A DNA stretch of 10,318 nucleotides from a virus, in the UHGV virus genome UHGV-1824378; one strand, 5' to 3'. The stretch's first letter is position 1, and each line of letters begins with the position of its first letter. A model generated the notes under the pieces. The model worked only from the letters and a program-made list of their open reading frames with translations. It was not told where the DNA came from and searched no databases. The position numbers and the translations under genes were made by a program. This document shows positions 1 through 7,343 of the stretch, one piece after another.

Positions 1-1845
1 ACTAACAAGGCTGGTAAGTCTATTCAGTACCGTACCCGCGATCCTGAATCATGGACCTATACGCTTGATATGAACCAGTTTAACGGCCTTTCCCGTGAAT
101 TGACGGTAGAAGTATCGGCTAAGGGCTATAACAACTCAGAGAGCGCCCCAGCGCGTTTAGTGGCTATCAACCCACAACATAAGCCGATGAAAGGTTTTAG
201 TGCGCGTGGTGGCTTTAATACTGCGTTTGTTAGCTGGGCGGATGACGTAGAACATGACTATGCAGGGTCAATCATTCAGTATGCAACCGATAACACTTTC
301 TCCGATGCAAGGGCAGTGACTACCAATAGCGTTAGTCATACTTCCTTTGATTTGGCTGACGGTGATTATTATATCCGTGGTGCTCACTACGATATTTTCG
401 GTATGGGTGATGCTGTTTGGTCTGAACCGTATTTCATGCAAATGAAATCTACCATTAGCTGGGACGATCAGGACAAAGAAGCACTGGAAGACCTGATTGG
501 TTTACAAGATCGCTTAGATGAAACCATCGCGGATGCTATTGCTCAAGCTGGCGCTAATGCCGATGCTAAGATTGATGCAATGCATAAACAGATTACTACC
601 GAAACCGGAAAGACGGTCCAAGCCTCAGCCGATACTCTCAAGAGTCTGATTGCTACCAGTGAGCAAGCAAGCTCTACTAAGATTGATCAGGTTAAAGCTG
701 AACTGAAAGGCGATATTACGTCGGAAGTTAGCGCATCTGCTACTACGCTGAAACAAGCAATTGCTACCAGTGAGGCGGCAAGCGCAAGCAAGATTGATCA
801 AGTTCGGGTAGAAATGGATGGCAAGATTGCTGGTGTTAACCAAGAAGCGGACGTTAAGATCGATGCTTTGAAGGGAACCATTAACAGCAAATATAATCTG
901 GCAGTTAATGCAGATGGTCGTGTGGCTGGTATTCACATGAGCGCAACCAATGATCCGGCAGAACCGACGAGAATCATCTTTACGGCTGATAAAATTGCGG
1001 TAGCTCCACAAGACGGATCGGAAGTTTGCCCGTTTGGTATCGAAGGTAACAAGGTTTATCTCGATAATGCCATGATTCGCAATGCTGCAATCGGTACAGC
1101 CCAGATTAACGATGCGGCTATTACTACCGCTAAGATCGGCACAGCCCAGATTAACGGCGCTCACATCCAACACGCACAGATCGGAACAGGTCATATCATT
1201 GATGGCTCTATCGATAATGCTAAAATTGGTAACTATATCCAGTCTTATAACTGGAATGGTAACGATGGATGGTATATCGGCAAAGATGGCACTTGTCATT
1301 TTAGACACGCTAATATTCGTGGTCATTTGGTGGCTGATTCCGGCGAAATGAACAACGTAACGATTAATTCAAGTTGCCGCATTTTGGGTATGCTTGATGC
1401 TAATCAGGTGCGTGGTGACTTCGTGAAAGCTATTGGTCGTCGATTCCCACATTGGGACGAAAACCCATCATTGGGCTATCCCGGTTATCCGCAAGGTACA
1501 ATCACTGTTCGAATTGAAGATGATCACCCGTTTGATCGTCAGATTATCGTTCCGGCTATTAGCTTTGGTGGTCTTAATGCGCGTGAAGGCTCGAATAACA
1601 ATACTTACTATGATAACTGTCGCTTGATTGTTCGCAAGAACGGTGCTGAATTATATAACCGTGCATATGGTAGACAGACTGGATTGTATAGTGCTGTTAT
1701 TGATATGCCAGCCGGACACGGACCAGTTACGCTAACTTTTGAAGTAAGTTCAAGCGCAATCAACAACTGGACTCCCAGCACATGGATCAGCGATCTAACG
1801 GTAATGGTAACTAAGAAAGCCGCTACGGGTATTTCTGTTTCTTAA
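1..1845 (+). CDS. Tail fiber / tail-tip host-specificity protein, C-terminal portion (5'-truncated by window edge)
   Basis: Frame 1 is open from nt 1 with no stop in 1-69, so track ORF 70..1845 is the 3' part of a longer gene. Product has an FN3-like segment (FNTAFVSWADD...YYIRGAHYDIF), about three 37-aa coiled-coil-like tandem units (KID...TLK..IATSE) and 15-aa beta-helix-like repeats (IGTAQINDAAITTAK / IGTAQINGAHIQHAQ / IGTGHIIDGSIDNAK), an architecture typical of phage tail fibers or gpJ-like central fibers. Terminator follows. Family assignment is by recollection, not search. Confidence 0.7.
   Translation, partial: TNKAGKSIQYRTRDPESWTYTLDMNQFNGLSRELTVEVSAKGYNNSESAPARLVAINPQHKPMKGFSARGGFNTAFVSWADDVEHDYAGSIIQYATDNTFSDARAVTTNSVSHTSFDLADGDYYIRGAHYDIFGMGDAVWSEPYFMQMKSTISWDDQDKEALEDLIGLQDRLDETIADAIAQAGANADAKIDAMHKQITTETGKTVQASADTLKSLIATSEQASSTKIDQVKAELKGDITSEVSASATTLKQAIATSEAASASKIDQVRVEMDGKIAGVNQEADVKIDALKGTINSKYNLAVNADGRVAGIHMSATNDPAEPTRIIFTADKIAVAPQDGSEVCPFGIEGNKVYLDNAMIRNAAIGTAQINDAAITTAKIGTAQINGAHIQHAQIGTGHIIDGSIDNAKIGNYIQSYNWNGNDGWYIGKDGTCHFRHANIRGHLVADSGEMNNVTINSSCRILGMLDANQVRGDFVKAIGRRFPHWDENPSLGYPGYPQGTITVRIEDDHPFDRQIIVPAISFGGLNAREGSNNNTYYDNCRLIVRKNGAELYNRAYGRQTGLYSAVIDMPAGHGPVTLTFEVSSSAINNWTPSTWISDLTVMVTKKAATGISVS
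568..900 (+). repeat. Imperfect tandem repeat inside tail-fiber gene, about 3 units of 111 bp (37 aa)
   Basis: Units begin with aagattgat at 568, 679 and 790 (period 111 nt). 15-nt identical core attgctaccagtgag at 649-663 and 760-774. Protein units KIDAMHKQITTETGKTVQASADTLKSL / KIDQVKAELKGDITSEVSASATTLKQA / KIDQVRVEMDGKIAGVNQEADVKIDALKGT. Confidence 0.6.
1090..1269 (+). repeat. 45-bp (15-aa) periodic repeats inside tail-fiber gene, beta-helix-like
   Basis: Near-identical 22-mers atcggtacagcccagattaacg (1090-1111) and atcggcacagcccagattaacg (1135-1156); further units start at 1180 and 1225 (atcggaacagg, attggtaac). Encodes IGTAQIN-type repeats. Confidence 0.6.
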
Positions 1846-1862
1846 AATTTAATTTAATAATT

Positions 1863-1905
1863 AATCCCGCTTAATTCTTTTGGGTTAGGCGGGATTATTT
1901 TTATC
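1863..1905 (+). terminator. Putative rho-independent terminator after tail-fiber gene
   Basis: Inverted repeat aatcccgc (1863-1870) / gcgggatt (1889-1896) followed by atttttatc. The loop is long (18 nt), so confidence is moderate. Confidence 0.45.
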
Positions 1906-1947
1906 TAAATAATTCTGCCATTAAATTATAAAATATCGGGGGGCGTA

Positions 1948-2226
1948 ATGACTGAAATTATATATGGCGGTATCGGTGTTATCGCCGTAATTTGTGGTGG
2001 TCTTTGGAGACTTCACCGAAATCAATTAGCAACAGAAAATAGATTGTCGAAATTAGAGTCCAATGATGCATTGTTTAATCAGAAGTTTGAAACAATGCAA
2101 AGTAACCACGACCAGATCGCCGAGAGAGTTTATCGCATGGAACAAACACTACACGGTATAGAGAAGAAAGTGGTTGCGATGGACGCCAAATTTGACCAAG
2201 TTCTCGACATACTCAGACAAAAATAA
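1948..2226 (+). CDS. Small membrane-anchored coiled-coil protein (92 aa); function unknown, possibly lysis- or envelope-associated
   Basis: ATG at 1948 preceded by G-rich SD (cgggggg). N-terminal hydrophobic segment IIYGGIGVIAVICGGLW followed by a charged, heptad-like region. Confidence 0.6.
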   Translation: MTEIIYGGIGVIAVICGGLWRLHRNQLATENRLSKLESNDALFNQKFETMQSNHDQIAERVYRMEQTLHGIEKKVVAMDAKFDQVLDILRQK

Positions 2227-2244
2227 TAATAAAGGGGTGAATAT

Positions 2245-2415
2245 ATGAAGAATAAACTTAAGAAATATTTTGGTTATCTCTTGATTATCGCCCTCACTTA
2301 TAACGTAGCAATTAGACCTCTGCTAACGTCCTTTGGGCTTGAACTCCCGGCTATGACCGTGGATGAACAATTGCTAAGGACACTGGCGGGGGTCTTTTCG
2401 TTATTAGGGGGCTAA
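2245..2415 (+). CDS. Small hydrophobic membrane protein (56 aa), not in supplied ORF track
   Basis: ATG at 2245 with SD aagggg 7 nt upstream; stop taa at 2413-2415; exactly fills the gap between neighbouring genes. Translation MKNKLKKYFGYLLIIALTYNVAIRPLLTSFGLELPAMTVDEQLLRTLAGVFSLLGG has one or two hydrophobic segments. Confidence 0.45.
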   Translation: MKNKLKKYFGYLLIIALTYNVAIRPLLTSFGLELPAMTVDEQLLRTLAGVFSLLGG

Positions 2416-2416
2416 C

Positions 2417-3100
2417 ATGGCAACCAGTACCAATAAACGAAACGCTCTAAGGACTAAGAAAGCGTTACGCCAATGGACTGATAAAGCAACCGATACATTC
2501 GAAAGGGCGATAGGGGAAGGGGCGATCTTTGCTGCTCGTGCACTCCAGAAGAAGATTAACAAGAATGTTGATAGACCTACTCGCTGGACTCAGCAAGCTG
2601 TAGGTAATACCAACTACAAGAACCGATCAGGGACGAGACACCAAATCTTCATCAAGGGCGCAAGGGATAAGGACAAGAAGATCGGCAGTCAAGACGACTA
2701 TCTGAAACACTATTTCGATGGTGGCAAAATCAATAAGCTAGTGCCAATAGCTAACGGTAAGGTCTTAGACTCCCACGGGAACATTAAGGCCATTAAAGGC
2801 GGTAAGATGATGCGTAACATCGAAAATGGCAACTTCATCAAGGTAGAGAACAAGGAAGGGACTTTTATCATGAAGAAGTACAAGCCTAAGAAATCCCGAA
2901 CCAAACGCGCTAGGAATGGATCGGCGGTGGCAAAACGTCGCTTAGAGAAACGCATACAGAAACAGAGCAAGCGAATTGTTGCCGTTAAATCGGATAAAAT
3001 TTCTACTCGTTATTCGACGCTAGGATCGTGGGAAAGCAACGAAGCAATGATGCTTGAAAACATCAATAAGCACATTAAATCGCGCATGAAATACGTTTAA
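2417..3100 (+). CDS. Hypothetical basic (Lys/Arg-rich) protein, 227 aa
   Basis: ATG at 2417 with SD aggggg; start lies 1 nt after the upstream stop (coupled). No family recognised from sequence. Confidence 0.55.
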   Translation: MATSTNKRNALRTKKALRQWTDKATDTFERAIGEGAIFAARALQKKINKNVDRPTRWTQQAVGNTNYKNRSGTRHQIFIKGARDKDKKIGSQDDYLKHYFDGGKINKLVPIANGKVLDSHGNIKAIKGGKMMRNIENGNFIKVENKEGTFIMKKYKPKKSRTKRARNGSAVAKRRLEKRIQKQSKRIVAVKSDKISTRYSTLGSWESNEAMMLENINKHIKSRMKYV

Positions 3101-3103
3101 TCC

Positions 3104-3110
3104 ATAAATA
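3104..3110 (+). promoter_or_regulatory. ATAAATA heptamer, candidate T4-type late promoter core
   Basis: cATAAATA at 3103-3110, 28 nt upstream of ATG 3139. One of only three ATAAATA occurrences I find on either strand; all three lie 28-34 nt upstream of a start codon. Confidence 0.3.
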
Positions 3111-3138
3111 CCCTCATAGAAACTTATGGGGGTATAAC

Positions 3139-3486
3139 ATGGCTAAAAATATTTTCACTGAATTTCCTACTTATCCGGTCGATCAGCTTTCCGGTATTTT
3201 TATTAATGGCATTAGCCCAGAATCTATGACACATGATTTTGAGGCGAAGAGAGTTAAACATAAACAATATAAAGAATGTATCCGCGATCATGAAAAAGGG
3301 ACCGTGTTTTGTGTCGCTACATTGGCTAAACGTCCTAAGTATCGTTTTCGTGTAGGGCAAGAAGTCGATGTAGTTAATCCTTATAGCTTTAACTGTCTGG
3401 GTGATGCACGCGCGGTGTGTGTAGGCACTGCTCCTTATTATATCAAGGGTATGCGCTTTATTGGTTATATCTTCGAAATGATCTAA
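3139..3486 (+). CDS. Hypothetical protein, 115 aa
   Basis: ATG at 3139 with SD ggggg; operon context. The antisense ORF 3124..3360 has low-complexity, implausible composition. Confidence 0.55.
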   Translation: MAKNIFTEFPTYPVDQLSGIFINGISPESMTHDFEAKRVKHKQYKECIRDHEKGTVFCVATLAKRPKYRFRVGQEVDVVNPYSFNCLGDARAVCVGTAPYYIKGMRFIGYIFEMI

Positions 3487-3495
3487 GGGGGTAAT

Positions 3496-3849
3496 ATGTT
3501 AAGTAAGCATTTTTCTCGCAAGGAATTTAAATGTAAATGCGGAAAATGTGATTATGATACAATCGACGCTGAATTACTGGTTATTCTTGAGGATGTACGC
3601 GAACACTTCGGGAAACCAGTGATTATTAACAGTGGGAACCGTTGCCCAACTCATAACAAGAATGTAGGCGGTGCAACCAACAGCTATCACGTTCGAGGTC
3701 GTGCGGCTGACATTGTGGTCAAGGGTGTCTCCCCTGATATTGTCCATGCTTATCTTGATGGGAAATATCCTACTCAATACGGCTTAGGCAAATATAAAAC
3801 CTTTACGCATATCGATTCCAGATCGAAAAAATCACGATGGAATGGATAA
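3496..3849 (+). CDS. Peptidase M15-family (M15_3 / DUF882-like) zinc peptidase, probable peptidoglycan-active hydrolase
   Basis: Motifs SGNRCPTHNKNVGG, SYHVRGRAADI and FTHID match the SG(Y/F)R...H...D...H zinc-ligand pattern of Peptidase_M15_3 as I recall it. SD aaggggg; terminator immediately downstream. Confidence 0.7.
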   Translation: MLSKHFSRKEFKCKCGKCDYDTIDAELLVILEDVREHFGKPVIINSGNRCPTHNKNVGGATNSYHVRGRAADIVVKGVSPDIVHAYLDGKYPTQYGLGKYKTFTHIDSRSKKSRWNG

Positions 3850-3855
3850 AATTAA

Positions 3856-3879
3856 AGCGCCTCTAGTGGGCGCTTTTTT
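3856..3879. terminator. Rho-independent terminator between convergent operons
   Basis: Stem agcgcc (3856-3861) / ggcgct (3869-3874), 7-nt loop, then T6 (3874-3879) on the plus strand. Sits between the plus-strand stop at 3849 and the minus-strand stop at 3881, so may act in both directions. Confidence 0.7.
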
Positions 3880-3880
3880 G

Positions 3881-5371
3881 TTATATAGCAATTGTTTTAG
3901 TTGCATATCTGAACTTGTCGGTTAGATAATATCGGATTCTCTCAAGTGCATGTTTTACCGCATAATTTTTATGCTTGACTTTTCCGTTACGACCGAATAT
4001 ACACAGATGATCGATAAGATCCCAGACCGTTGCAATATCCTTAGAACCATGTTTACGCAATGCACGACCGATACTCTGACGAACGATAGTTGATTCCTTC
4101 ACTGGATGACCGAAAATAACATGGTGCAAGTTCTTAATTGAAACACCAGTAGAGAATACACCATAAGACGCAACACAAATGATCCCTGTGTCACCCTCCG
4201 CCATTTTCTTAAATTCATCACGTTCTTCTGTCTTAACTCCACCGTCAATATAATAAACCTTGTCGTGTACCTTCTGTAACGCGTCATACATAAGTTTTCC
4301 ATGCTTAGTATTGCGGAACATAAGGAATACGTTTTCACCCTTCTTAGCGAGTTTTAGCGCCAAATTACAAGCAAACTTATTACGTCGTGGGTTAGACGTA
4401 ATATACTTGATCTCTTCCGCATATTCTCGCCCCTTAACCGCGCTACATTCCTCATCGGTATAACGAAGGAAAAGACAGTTAATTTTCAGTTTTGTCACCT
4501 GCCCTTCTTCCATCAGGCGGTCAATACTCACGATCTTAGAAATATCACCGAAAAGCCCGACATACTGCATTAAATGGCACTTTGATTCTTTCGGGGAACC
4601 AGTCATACCGATCTTAAACTGGCAATGATTCATTCCGTTAATGATATTGGTAATATTTTTGGCACTAGCCTTATGCGATTCATCAACTATCAACATTCCA
4701 TATTGTTTGAACCATTCAGGAGGCATCTTGCACGCTGATTGCCAGGTACTAACCGTGATTAACCTGTCTCCCGGATGTTTCCCGCTACCACTCATCATTG
4801 TATGAATTGCTTCATAAGGGAATAACCGATAATCGATGAAATCATCCCTCATTTGAACCACTAGCGATGTAGTCGGGACAATGATTAACACCTTTCCGGT
4901 GTAATGCTCTAAGTACCAACGAGACAGCATACAAGCAATCAATGACTTTCCGGCACTGGTAGGAAGAACCAGCATTCTACGGCGATTGTGGATACCCTGA
5001 AAGACTGCTTCACGCTGATACCAGTAAGGATTGATTTTATTGGAACCGGAATACACTTCTAAAGAGTCAATCCACGAATCAATCTGTTCTTTGGTTACAT
5101 CTTCCTTCTCAAGTAATCGCGGGTCAATCCAGACTGAATAGCCCATATTTTTAACGAAGACACCCAATGTTTTTAATAGTCCAATTGGTAGGGTATTTTC
5201 ATGCGTAAACAGTCTTATTCGTCCATCCCAGCCGGAATACTTGTAGCGGGGGCTAAACCTAGCCCCTTCAACCTCAAACGAGAAATAATCTCTTAATTCC
5301 ATTCCGATAGAAGGAGAGCAATCAACCTTAACGAAACTGTAATCTTGAAAATGAATTTTAATATCTTGCAT
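3881..5371 (-). CDS. uvsW: UvsW-type SF2 DNA helicase (T4 UvsW-like)
   Basis: Walker A LPTSAGKS, motif II DESH, motif III TGS, motif VI QSIGRALRKHG. N- and C-terminal regions resemble T4 UvsW as I recall it (MQDIKIHFQDYSFVKVDC..., ...VWDLID...). I place the start at ATG 5371 (SD ggag upstream, overlaps upstream stop as TAATG); the track ORF starts at GTG 5380. Confidence 0.88.
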   Translation of the reverse strand: MQDIKIHFQDYSFVKVDCSPSIGMELRDYFSFEVEGARFSPRYKYSGWDGRIRLFTHENTLPIGLLKTLGVFVKNMGYSVWIDPRLLEKEDVTKEQIDSWIDSLEVYSGSNKINPYWYQREAVFQGIHNRRRMLVLPTSAGKSLIACMLSRWYLEHYTGKVLIIVPTTSLVVQMRDDFIDYRLFPYEAIHTMMSGSGKHPGDRLITVSTWQSACKMPPEWFKQYGMLIVDESHKASAKNITNIINGMNHCQFKIGMTGSPKESKCHLMQYVGLFGDISKIVSIDRLMEEGQVTKLKINCLFLRYTDEECSAVKGREYAEEIKYITSNPRRNKFACNLALKLAKKGENVFLMFRNTKHGKLMYDALQKVHDKVYYIDGGVKTEERDEFKKMAEGDTGIICVASYGVFSTGVSIKNLHHVIFGHPVKESTIVRQSIGRALRKHGSKDIATVWDLIDHLCIFGRNGKVKHKNYAVKHALERIRYYLTDKFRYATKTIAI

Positions 5372-5940
5372 TAGTTCCACTCCACACTTGCAATATTCTT
5401 TATATTGTTTAGTGATTTATTGCAGTAGTGGAATGTTTCAGTTTTGCCGTATTCAATCCCGCCTATACCCACATCCAGTAATCTCTTTATTGCTCTTTCA
5501 GTGGCTAAAGCATGTTTCATTGATGGCATTTCACCAGCAAAGACAATATCAAAGTTATGACCGGGATTGCGTACACCCAGATTAACACGTCGCTTGATGA
5601 TTGACTTTGTAACACCAAATTTACCAATATCCCCTGATTTCATTACATAGAGATAAGGCACACCCGCTTTATATTGAAAGTAATCACTATTGAAGCAAAC
5701 ACATCGTTTACCTTCATTAAGCAGGTTAGTAGCTGATTTGTCGGCTCTATTACCGCATCGGGTACATGTTAGAGCAATTCTTGAATGAAGCCCTTTAAAC
5801 TCACCCAGAAAGCCATGAAAGACTAACGGTAAGTCCTTCTCTTTGATGTGAGTCAGAATGCGTTGTTCTAATGCCGATGGAGTTACAGCACGGGAGGATT
5901 TAGGAGTAAAAACAATATCTTTAGCCATTACTGGAATCAT
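5371..5940 (-). CDS. Zinc-ribbon + GIY-YIG-superfamily (T5orf172-type) nuclease-like protein, homing-endonuclease-like, 189 aa
   Basis: ATG at 5940 with SD gtgagg. CxxC...CxC cluster (CTRCGNRADKSATNLLNEGKRCVCF) followed by YLYVM...GKFGVTKS...RR...ERAIKR...GKTETF, which matches the T5orf172 / GIY-YIG-like signature as I recall it. Stop overlaps helicase start, implying translational coupling. Confidence 0.6.
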   Translation of the reverse strand: MIPVMAKDIVFTPKSSRAVTPSALEQRILTHIKEKDLPLVFHGFLGEFKGLHSRIALTCTRCGNRADKSATNLLNEGKRCVCFNSDYFQYKAGVPYLYVMKSGDIGKFGVTKSIIKRRVNLGVRNPGHNFDIVFAGEMPSMKHALATERAIKRLLDVGIGGIEYGKTETFHYCNKSLNNIKNIASVEWN

Positions 5941-6002
5941 ATAGACCTCACTTTTTTAACTTATAGGCATAACCTCAATATGGTTGGTTTGGGATTTAGG
6001 GT

Positions 6003-6035
6003 CGCGTATTATACACATTCAGATAGAGAATGCAA
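6003..6035 (-). promoter_or_regulatory. Candidate sigma70-type promoter for the nuclease-helicase operon
   Basis: Minus strand reads TTGCAT (6035-6030), 16-nt spacer, TATAAT (6013-6008), then ACGCG (6007-6003), about 65 nt upstream of ATG 5940. The TATAATACGCG 11-mer recurs at 9051-9061. Confidence 0.4.
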
Positions 6036-6055
6036 TAGTAAGACAATTTTCTCTA

Positions 6056-6062
6056 ATAAATA
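6056..6062 (+). promoter_or_regulatory. ATAAATA heptamer, candidate T4-type late promoter core
   Basis: aATAAATA at 6055-6062, 32 nt upstream of ATG 6095. Confidence 0.3.
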
Positions 6063-6094
6063 GTAGTGAGCTTATTATTTTAGAGGAAACTACT

Positions 6095-7270
6095 ATGAAA
6101 CTTGCTTACGCTGCCGAAATTCCTTTTGTTAAGAAAACTCGCGGTTTATCGCCGGAAGAGTACCAACAACGAATCATCGCTAAACTGGAACCTGCTTTCG
6201 TATTTGGTGGATTTATCCTACCGTGGAAGGGTAATCACACTTACTTTCGAATCTACAATTTAGATACACAAGAATATAAGGACTACAAATTACGCAAACT
6301 GGAAGATACTAACGGGGGTGAGTTATTCCAGACTGAAAAGGCTGTATGGTTGAAAATGGAATCTCGTTGTAATGAGAAGGGAAAGAAATTCCTCGGATGG
6401 CAAGGAGAATGGAAAGGGCGAAATAGAACGAAAGCCCGTGTTTTGTGCCCTGAACACAATCAAATCATGACGCCATCTCTATTACATGCTCTCAAGGATG
6501 ATTTTGATTTTGATTGTAAAATCTGTATGGCTGAAAAATCCCAACGGGTAAGAAGTGGCAAGACTTTTGATGAAGTTATTAAGGACAAAGAGACAATCAT
6601 CAATGCACGTTGCGAGAGTACGCCTTACACCTTCAAAGGATTCATCATAAACACCCCACACCTAAAGGATGTTAAATTTAAAACCTATTGCAAGTCACAT
6701 AACCACGAATGGGAATCTCATTTAAGATGTGCTGATTCTTTCACTTGTCCGCTTTGTATTAAAGACCAACTGGTGCAACTGTCTAACCGGACTTATCAGG
6801 GTAAGGCTAGTTTCTACATTCAATTATTAGATGACAAATTTATTAAATTTGGAATCACTACCCGAAAACCAGAAGAACGAATGAGAGAACAAACCAGAAA
6901 GAGCAACTTCACTCACCGCTTAATCTTTACTCATGAGTTTGAGGATGGTTGGAAAGCTGCCGATTTAGAGCATGAAGTAAAACAACGCTTCAAGACTCAT
7001 GCAGCACCCTACAAAGATTTCAAGGATGGATGGTCGGAAACTCTGACTATTGATGAGTTACCACACTTACAGCAACTGGTTTATGACTACCTAACCAATC
7101 AACCGGACGAGGCTAATATGTGGGTATCTCCGAAAGATGTATTTGATGACGATACATTCAAGCTACATACTCACTTCTACGGCATCAATAAACCGGAATT
7201 TTTCTGTATTGATGACGACAGTCCTGATTTAATGGATGAATACTTTAATACGCTCTTAGACGCTGCCTAA
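6095..7270 (+). CDS. Tandem zinc-finger + GIY-YIG-superfamily (T5orf172-type) nuclease-like protein, 391 aa
   Basis: ATG at 6095 with SD gaggaaa; the track ORF begins at an upstream TTG (5984) that I do not favour. Two Cys/His modules (CPEHN...CKIC; CKSHNHEWESHLRCADSFTCPLC) then FYIQLL...KFGITTRKPEERMRE...EHEVKQRFK...GWSETL, paralogous to the C-terminal half of the 5371-5940 protein. Confidence 0.65.
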   Translation: MKLAYAAEIPFVKKTRGLSPEEYQQRIIAKLEPAFVFGGFILPWKGNHTYFRIYNLDTQEYKDYKLRKLEDTNGGELFQTEKAVWLKMESRCNEKGKKFLGWQGEWKGRNRTKARVLCPEHNQIMTPSLLHALKDDFDFDCKICMAEKSQRVRSGKTFDEVIKDKETIINARCESTPYTFKGFIINTPHLKDVKFKTYCKSHNHEWESHLRCADSFTCPLCIKDQLVQLSNRTYQGKASFYIQLLDDKFIKFGITTRKPEERMREQTRKSNFTHRLIFTHEFEDGWKAADLEHEVKQRFKTHAAPYKDFKDGWSETLTIDELPHLQQLVYDYLTNQPDEANMWVSPKDVFDDDTFKLHTHFYGINKPEFFCIDDDSPDLMDEYFNTLLDAA

Positions 7271-7285
7271 CGCAATTAAATTCAA

Positions 7286-7307
7286 AAGGGGTACAGATGT
7301 ACCCCTT
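7286..7307. terminator. Bidirectional hairpin terminator between convergent genes
   Basis: Perfect palindrome aaggggtac-agat-gtacccctt (7286-7307). Minus strand has the U-tract (plus-strand ttcaaaa 7281-7287); plus strand has a weaker T-run after it. Confidence 0.6.
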
Positions 7308-7343
7308 AAAGTGTTTAGCTCGTTATACGTCGATTTAGGCCGC

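Noticed and set aside
625-1326. 233-aa minus-strand ORF, plus the plus-strand ORFs 1082..1351 and 1433..1627, inside the tail-fiber gene
   Set aside because: They fully overlap a much longer ORF with coherent domain architecture; their translations are low-complexity antisense or off-frame artefacts with no SD.
1927-1934. TATAAAAT upstream of the 1948 gene as a late promoter
   Set aside because: It does not match the ATAAATA core shared by the other three sites, and it is only 13 nt from the start codon.
3111-3132. Imperfect hairpin ccctcata...tatggggg as a terminator
   Set aside because: Stem has a mismatch, there is no T-tract, and it contains the SD of the next gene; more likely incidental or a translational structure.
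2710-4463. Short overlapping ORFs 2710..2970(-), 3124..3360(-), 3574..3777(-), 4099..4338(-), 4260..4463(+)
   Set aside because: Each is antisense to or out of frame with a well-supported gene (basic protein, 115-aa ORF, M15 peptidase, helicase), has no SD and an implausible composition.
5372-5380. GTG start at 5380 for the helicase
   Set aside because: ATG at 5371 has an SD (ggag) about 8 nt upstream, overlaps the upstream stop as TAATG, and gives an N-terminus that aligns with the recalled T4 UvsW start. Not fully excluded.
5388-5585. 65-aa plus-strand ORF
   Set aside because: Antisense to the 189-aa T5orf172-type gene; no SD; Cys/Leu-rich junk-like translation.
5984-6094. Upstream TTG start (5984) for the 6095-7270 gene, as in the ORF track
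   Set aside because: It would run through the divergent promoter region and has no SD; ATG 6095 has a strong SD (gaggaaa) at proper spacing.
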